64,000 nucleotides of DNA from an uncultured Phycisphaerales bacterium (GTDB lineage Bacteria > Planctomycetota > Phycisphaerae > Tepidisphaerales > Tepidisphaeraceae): positions 1,888,001 through 1,952,000 of the forward strand of contig CAVWVQ010000003.1 of NCBI GenBank assembly GCA_963758525.1, written 5' to 3'. Positions within the stretch are counted from its first letter, which is position 1. Each line of letters begins with the position of its first letter. Positions 61,033 to 64,000 of this stretch are shown in pieces. Made by a program: the position numbers and the translations under genes. The notes under the pieces were generated by a model. The model was not told the origin of the DNA, searched no databases, and worked only from the letters and a program-made list of their open reading frames with translations.

Positions 61033-61100
61033 GTAGGGCGGGATTCATCCCGCCGTTTTCTCGGCTCGCCCACACATCGGCGGGATGAATCCCGCCCTAC
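61033..61100. repeat. GTAG REPIN (same arms as 44061-44124)
   Basis: GTAGGGCGGGATTCATCCCGCCG...CGGCGGGATGAATCCCGCCCTAC. Confidence 0.92.
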
Positions 61101-61231
61101 TCGGAGCCAATCGCCACTTTCGAGCGCGGGGCCCCGTGCCTTTTCTTCCGGACAAATCATGTCCCGAATGGCTCCGACTCGATATGATTCGAGAAGCATT
61201 GGCGGAGAAACCAAATCGAAAGGGAGCGAGC

Positions 61232-61429
61232 ATGATCTATTCGAAGATCAGTTACGGCTATGTCGTTCAGAGCTACGACAGCGAAACCGGCGATTGCATC
61301 GAGCAGAGCTTCGTCGCCGACGGGCGAGTTGAACGTCAGGACGAGACCGGCGAGCCGATCGCCGCAGAATTGGTGGGAGAGCTGGAAAACACCGAGAAGG
61401 AATGCGCATTTGACATGGTCCAGCCGTAA
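61232..61429 (+). CDS. Small acidic hypothetical protein
   Basis: 65 aa, GGGAG RBS. Confidence 0.55.
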   Translation: MIYSKISYGYVVQSYDSETGDCIEQSFVADGRVERQDETGEPIAAELVGELENTEKECAFDMVQP

Positions 61430-61444
61430 ACAAGGCAGCACATG

Positions 61445-63625
61445 TTACGGTGATGATTTCATCAAGGCTCGACCGGTGCCTGCGTCGAAAAGGCGCAACG
61501 TGCGGTCGTCGCTCCCCGACACGATGTATTTTCCGTCCGGCGAGACCGCCAGGCAATTCACGGTTGCCTGATGACCGGAGCAGCTAAACTTCAAGAGGCG
61601 CGTCGCCGTGTTCCAGACGGTAATGGAGCCATCGTGCCCCCCCGCAAGAATGGTTTGTCCATCCGGCGAGAAGATAAGGCACCAGACGGTATCTACCGTG
61701 CCAGTGAGGGCGCCGAGAGGTATTCCAGTCTGGATATCCCAGAGCTGGGCATCGGGCGCATATTGGCTGGCAGACACTGCCAGGCGACTATCCGGGGAAG
61801 CCGCGACGCGGGTGACCATCGCGTTGGTGTGGTAGCTCTTTTCCTGTTTGCCGGTGCTGAAATTCCATAGAACAAAATCACTCCAGCGTCCGGTGAGCAG
61901 CACTCGCTCCTCATCCAGAAAAGCGCCCGTGACACACCAACTGACACCGCCGTTGAAGCTTTTGACGGCTCCCGACGCAAGGTCGATGCATTGCGCACCT
62001 GGCACCGTGCATGCCAGCAACGATGCTCCGCTCGGCGAGAAGTAGACCGACAGACCGTTCGAATCCGTCGGAATCGATTTAATCGGTTGCAGGTTGGAAT
62101 CCCACAATTGCACAAGCTTTTCACCCTCGGTGCAGGACGCAAGCATTTTGCCATCGGGGGAGAATGCCAGGCTCCTGGGGACGCCTGCGGCGCTGACCGA
62201 CGTTCGGAGTTGCCCGCTCTTGAAGTCCCAGAGCCGGATCTTTTGGTCGGCCGTCCCTGAAGCCAAGACCCGCCCATCGGGAGAGAACGCGATCGCCACG
62301 ACCGGCCCGCCGTTCATTGAGAAGGGAGGTGACGCAGCGCCCGCGACACCCGTTGGCGCCGGTTCTCCGATGAAGCTGGGAACGATCGGGGCCGGCGCCG
62401 AAGCGACCGACGGAACAGCGGGCGCGGGTGCAACTGCCACACCAGCCGGGGGCGAGTAAGAAGATGACCTGTGGGATCTCTCCCGACTGATGAACATTAC
62501 TGCCGCAACGGTCGCGACGATTCCGACAGCGCCTGCCGCCACGAGATTCCGGCGGCGCACATTGGGCGGTTGGTCCCGCACAGCCGTCGGAGACATGGGC
62601 TTTCCAGACAGGTAGTTGGCGATGTCGCGCGCGAGTTCTCCCGCCGTTTGATATCGGTCGTCGCGCCGTTTCGAGAGTGCCTTGAGCACGATCGCGTCGA
62701 TCACCGCGTTTAACGTGCACTGAGATCGCAGGCGCCAACGCCTTCGTGCCTTGGCCAACCCCTTCAACTCCCGGGGGCTTGCCGCGTACGAACTGGGAGG
62801 GGGAGGCTGAGCAGTGACGATGTTATGAAGCACGTCACGCATCGTCCCGACCACTTCATAGGGAAAGCGGCCGGTCAACATCTGATAAAGGATCACTCCC
62901 AGCGCATAAACATCTGACCGGCTGTCAACTTTCGAGCCGATGCCCTCGGCCTGCTCGGGGCTGGCCCATGGGAGAGAACCAATAAACTGGCCGGTGATGG
63001 TGACCGGCTGAGGATTGTGCTCGTCAGTCATCTGCGACAGGGCCGTGCGGGCCAGCCCGAAGTCCAAAACATGCGGTTGATTGTTTTCATCGATCCGCAG
63101 ATTGGACGGCTTGAGGTCGCGATGCACAACGCCGCGGAGATGAGCTGCGTTCACGGCGTCGCAAATCATCAAAAACATTCGCAGCAGTTCCGACGGGTCC
63201 TCCGGCGGAGGCCCTTTCGCGTGATTGAAGTAATAGGCATCCAGCCAGAGGTCCAACGGCTTGCCCGAGATGTACTCCATGGTCAGGTAGCGCGCACCCT
63301 GCGCCGTGGTGCCGCTGTCGATGATCTGAACCAGATTGGGGTGCTTGAGCGCCGCAAGCACCTGCACTTCACGTTCCATCCGGGCACGCTCGCTAGGCGA
63401 GGCAAGCGCGCCCTCCTTCAGAACTTTGATTGCCACCGTGCGCCCGGTCGATTCCTGGGTCGCTTCAAAGACAACAGCCTGGCCCCCGCGGCTGATTTCG
63501 CGGCGAAGCGTATATCCAGGAATGGTGACATGCACAAAATCCAGCCGGGGCGCCTCCACGTCGCTGATCAGCGGATTCGCCCTGGTGGGATTTGCAGAAT
63601 CGATTGTTGGGCCAATATTACTCAT
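61445..63625 (-). CDS. Ser/Thr protein kinase with TM and WD40 repeats
   Basis: RGGQAVV, VAIK, HRDLKPSN, DFGLA, SPEQ, DVYALG, then a TM segment and WD repeats (FSPDG...SG..D..IRLWD). Confidence 0.93.
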   Translation of the reverse strand: MSNIGPTIDSANPTRANPLISDVEAPRLDFVHVTIPGYTLRREISRGGQAVVFEATQESTGRTVAIKVLKEGALASPSERARMEREVQVLAALKHPNLVQIIDSGTTAQGARYLTMEYISGKPLDLWLDAYYFNHAKGPPPEDPSELLRMFLMICDAVNAAHLRGVVHRDLKPSNLRIDENNQPHVLDFGLARTALSQMTDEHNPQPVTITGQFIGSLPWASPEQAEGIGSKVDSRSDVYALGVILYQMLTGRFPYEVVGTMRDVLHNIVTAQPPPPSSYAASPRELKGLAKARRRWRLRSQCTLNAVIDAIVLKALSKRRDDRYQTAGELARDIANYLSGKPMSPTAVRDQPPNVRRRNLVAAGAVGIVATVAAVMFISRERSHRSSSYSPPAGVAVAPAPAVPSVASAPAPIVPSFIGEPAPTGVAGAASPPFSMNGGPVVAIAFSPDGRVLASGTADQKIRLWDFKSGQLRTSVSAAGVPRSLAFSPDGKMLASCTEGEKLVQLWDSNLQPIKSIPTDSNGLSVYFSPSGASLLACTVPGAQCIDLASGAVKSFNGGVSWCVTGAFLDEERVLLTGRWSDFVLWNFSTGKQEKSYHTNAMVTRVAASPDSRLAVSASQYAPDAQLWDIQTGIPLGALTGTVDTVWCLIFSPDGQTILAGGHDGSITVWNTATRLLKFSCSGHQATVNCLAVSPDGKYIVSGSDDRTLRLFDAGTGRALMKSSP

Positions 63626-63744
63626 CGACTTCCCGACATTGACCGACACGACAAGCTGCTTTCAAGAACCCCCTGCCTTGGTTTCTCTCCCCCTCCGTGC
63701 CGCAGTTTACCCGCCGCGGCGGGTGCCTTCGTGCCTTCCCGCGC

Positions 63745-63999
63745 TTATTTCCGGAACAACGCCAGCAGGACCAGGACGGCGATCCCCGCCATCAAGGTGT
63801 ATTTCAGGGCGTAATATCCGCGCCGATTGACTTTCTTGATGCTCTGGAAAAATTCACGCAAGCCGTAGATCCCCGAAGATACCTTGTTCAGCGCTCCGAC
63901 CTTTTCAGTATCCATGTTCTGCGCCTGCGTCACCTTCACGATGTGATGCGCCACGAAGTGATTGACGGCCCGCACGACAGGATTGCTGATCGGCCGATC
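63745..63999 (-). CDS. C-terminal part of a membrane-anchored protein (runs off right edge)
   Basis: Frame open to the window edge; ends in a TM helix. Confidence 0.55.
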   Translation of the reverse strand, partial: DRPISNPVVRAVNHFVAHHIVKVTQAQNMDTEKVGALNKVSSGIYGLREFFQSIKKVNRRGYYALKYTLMAGIAVLVLLALFRK

Positions 64000-64000
64000 G

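Noticed and set aside
1..64000. tRNA or rRNA genes
   Set aside because: No cloverleaf or rRNA-like segment was recognised by eye. A tRNAscan/Infernal run would be needed to exclude them.

Overview
High-GC bacterial chromosome, most likely Planctomycetota (Phycisphaerae/Tepidisphaerales-like). This is inferred from the CxxCGYDLRA(S/T)PxRCPECG membrane proteins, a DUF4159-type gene, a Ser/Thr kinase-WD40 gene and heptamer/REP repeats. Single-base frameshifts break many housekeeping genes (lhr, mutS, uvrD-family, rluA-family), which suggests long-read assembly errors. Positions 1-33.4 kb are mostly housekeeping: lptB, csp, pyrG, kdsB, lhr, an M16 peptidase, HU, mutS, hisH, pilD, aroK, pyrH, frr and a UvrD-family helicase. 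This part also holds a truncated REP-associated transposase, an MNT-HEPN pair and a ~495-bp tandem array of the M16 gene 3' end plus a REPIN. The standout is 33.6-56.5 kb, a co-oriented HK97-type phage packaging/head/neck cluster with fibre, lysis-like genes and an HTH regulator. It has no recognisable integrase, replication genes, small terminase, tail tube or tape measure. Host repeats occupy ten consecutive gene junctions and none interrupts an ORF internally, and three host-type genes sit antisense inside it. It looks like a domesticated, gene-transfer-agent-like or tail-less particle system rather than a recent prophage. This is inference and untested. Positions 57-64 kb return to host genes.
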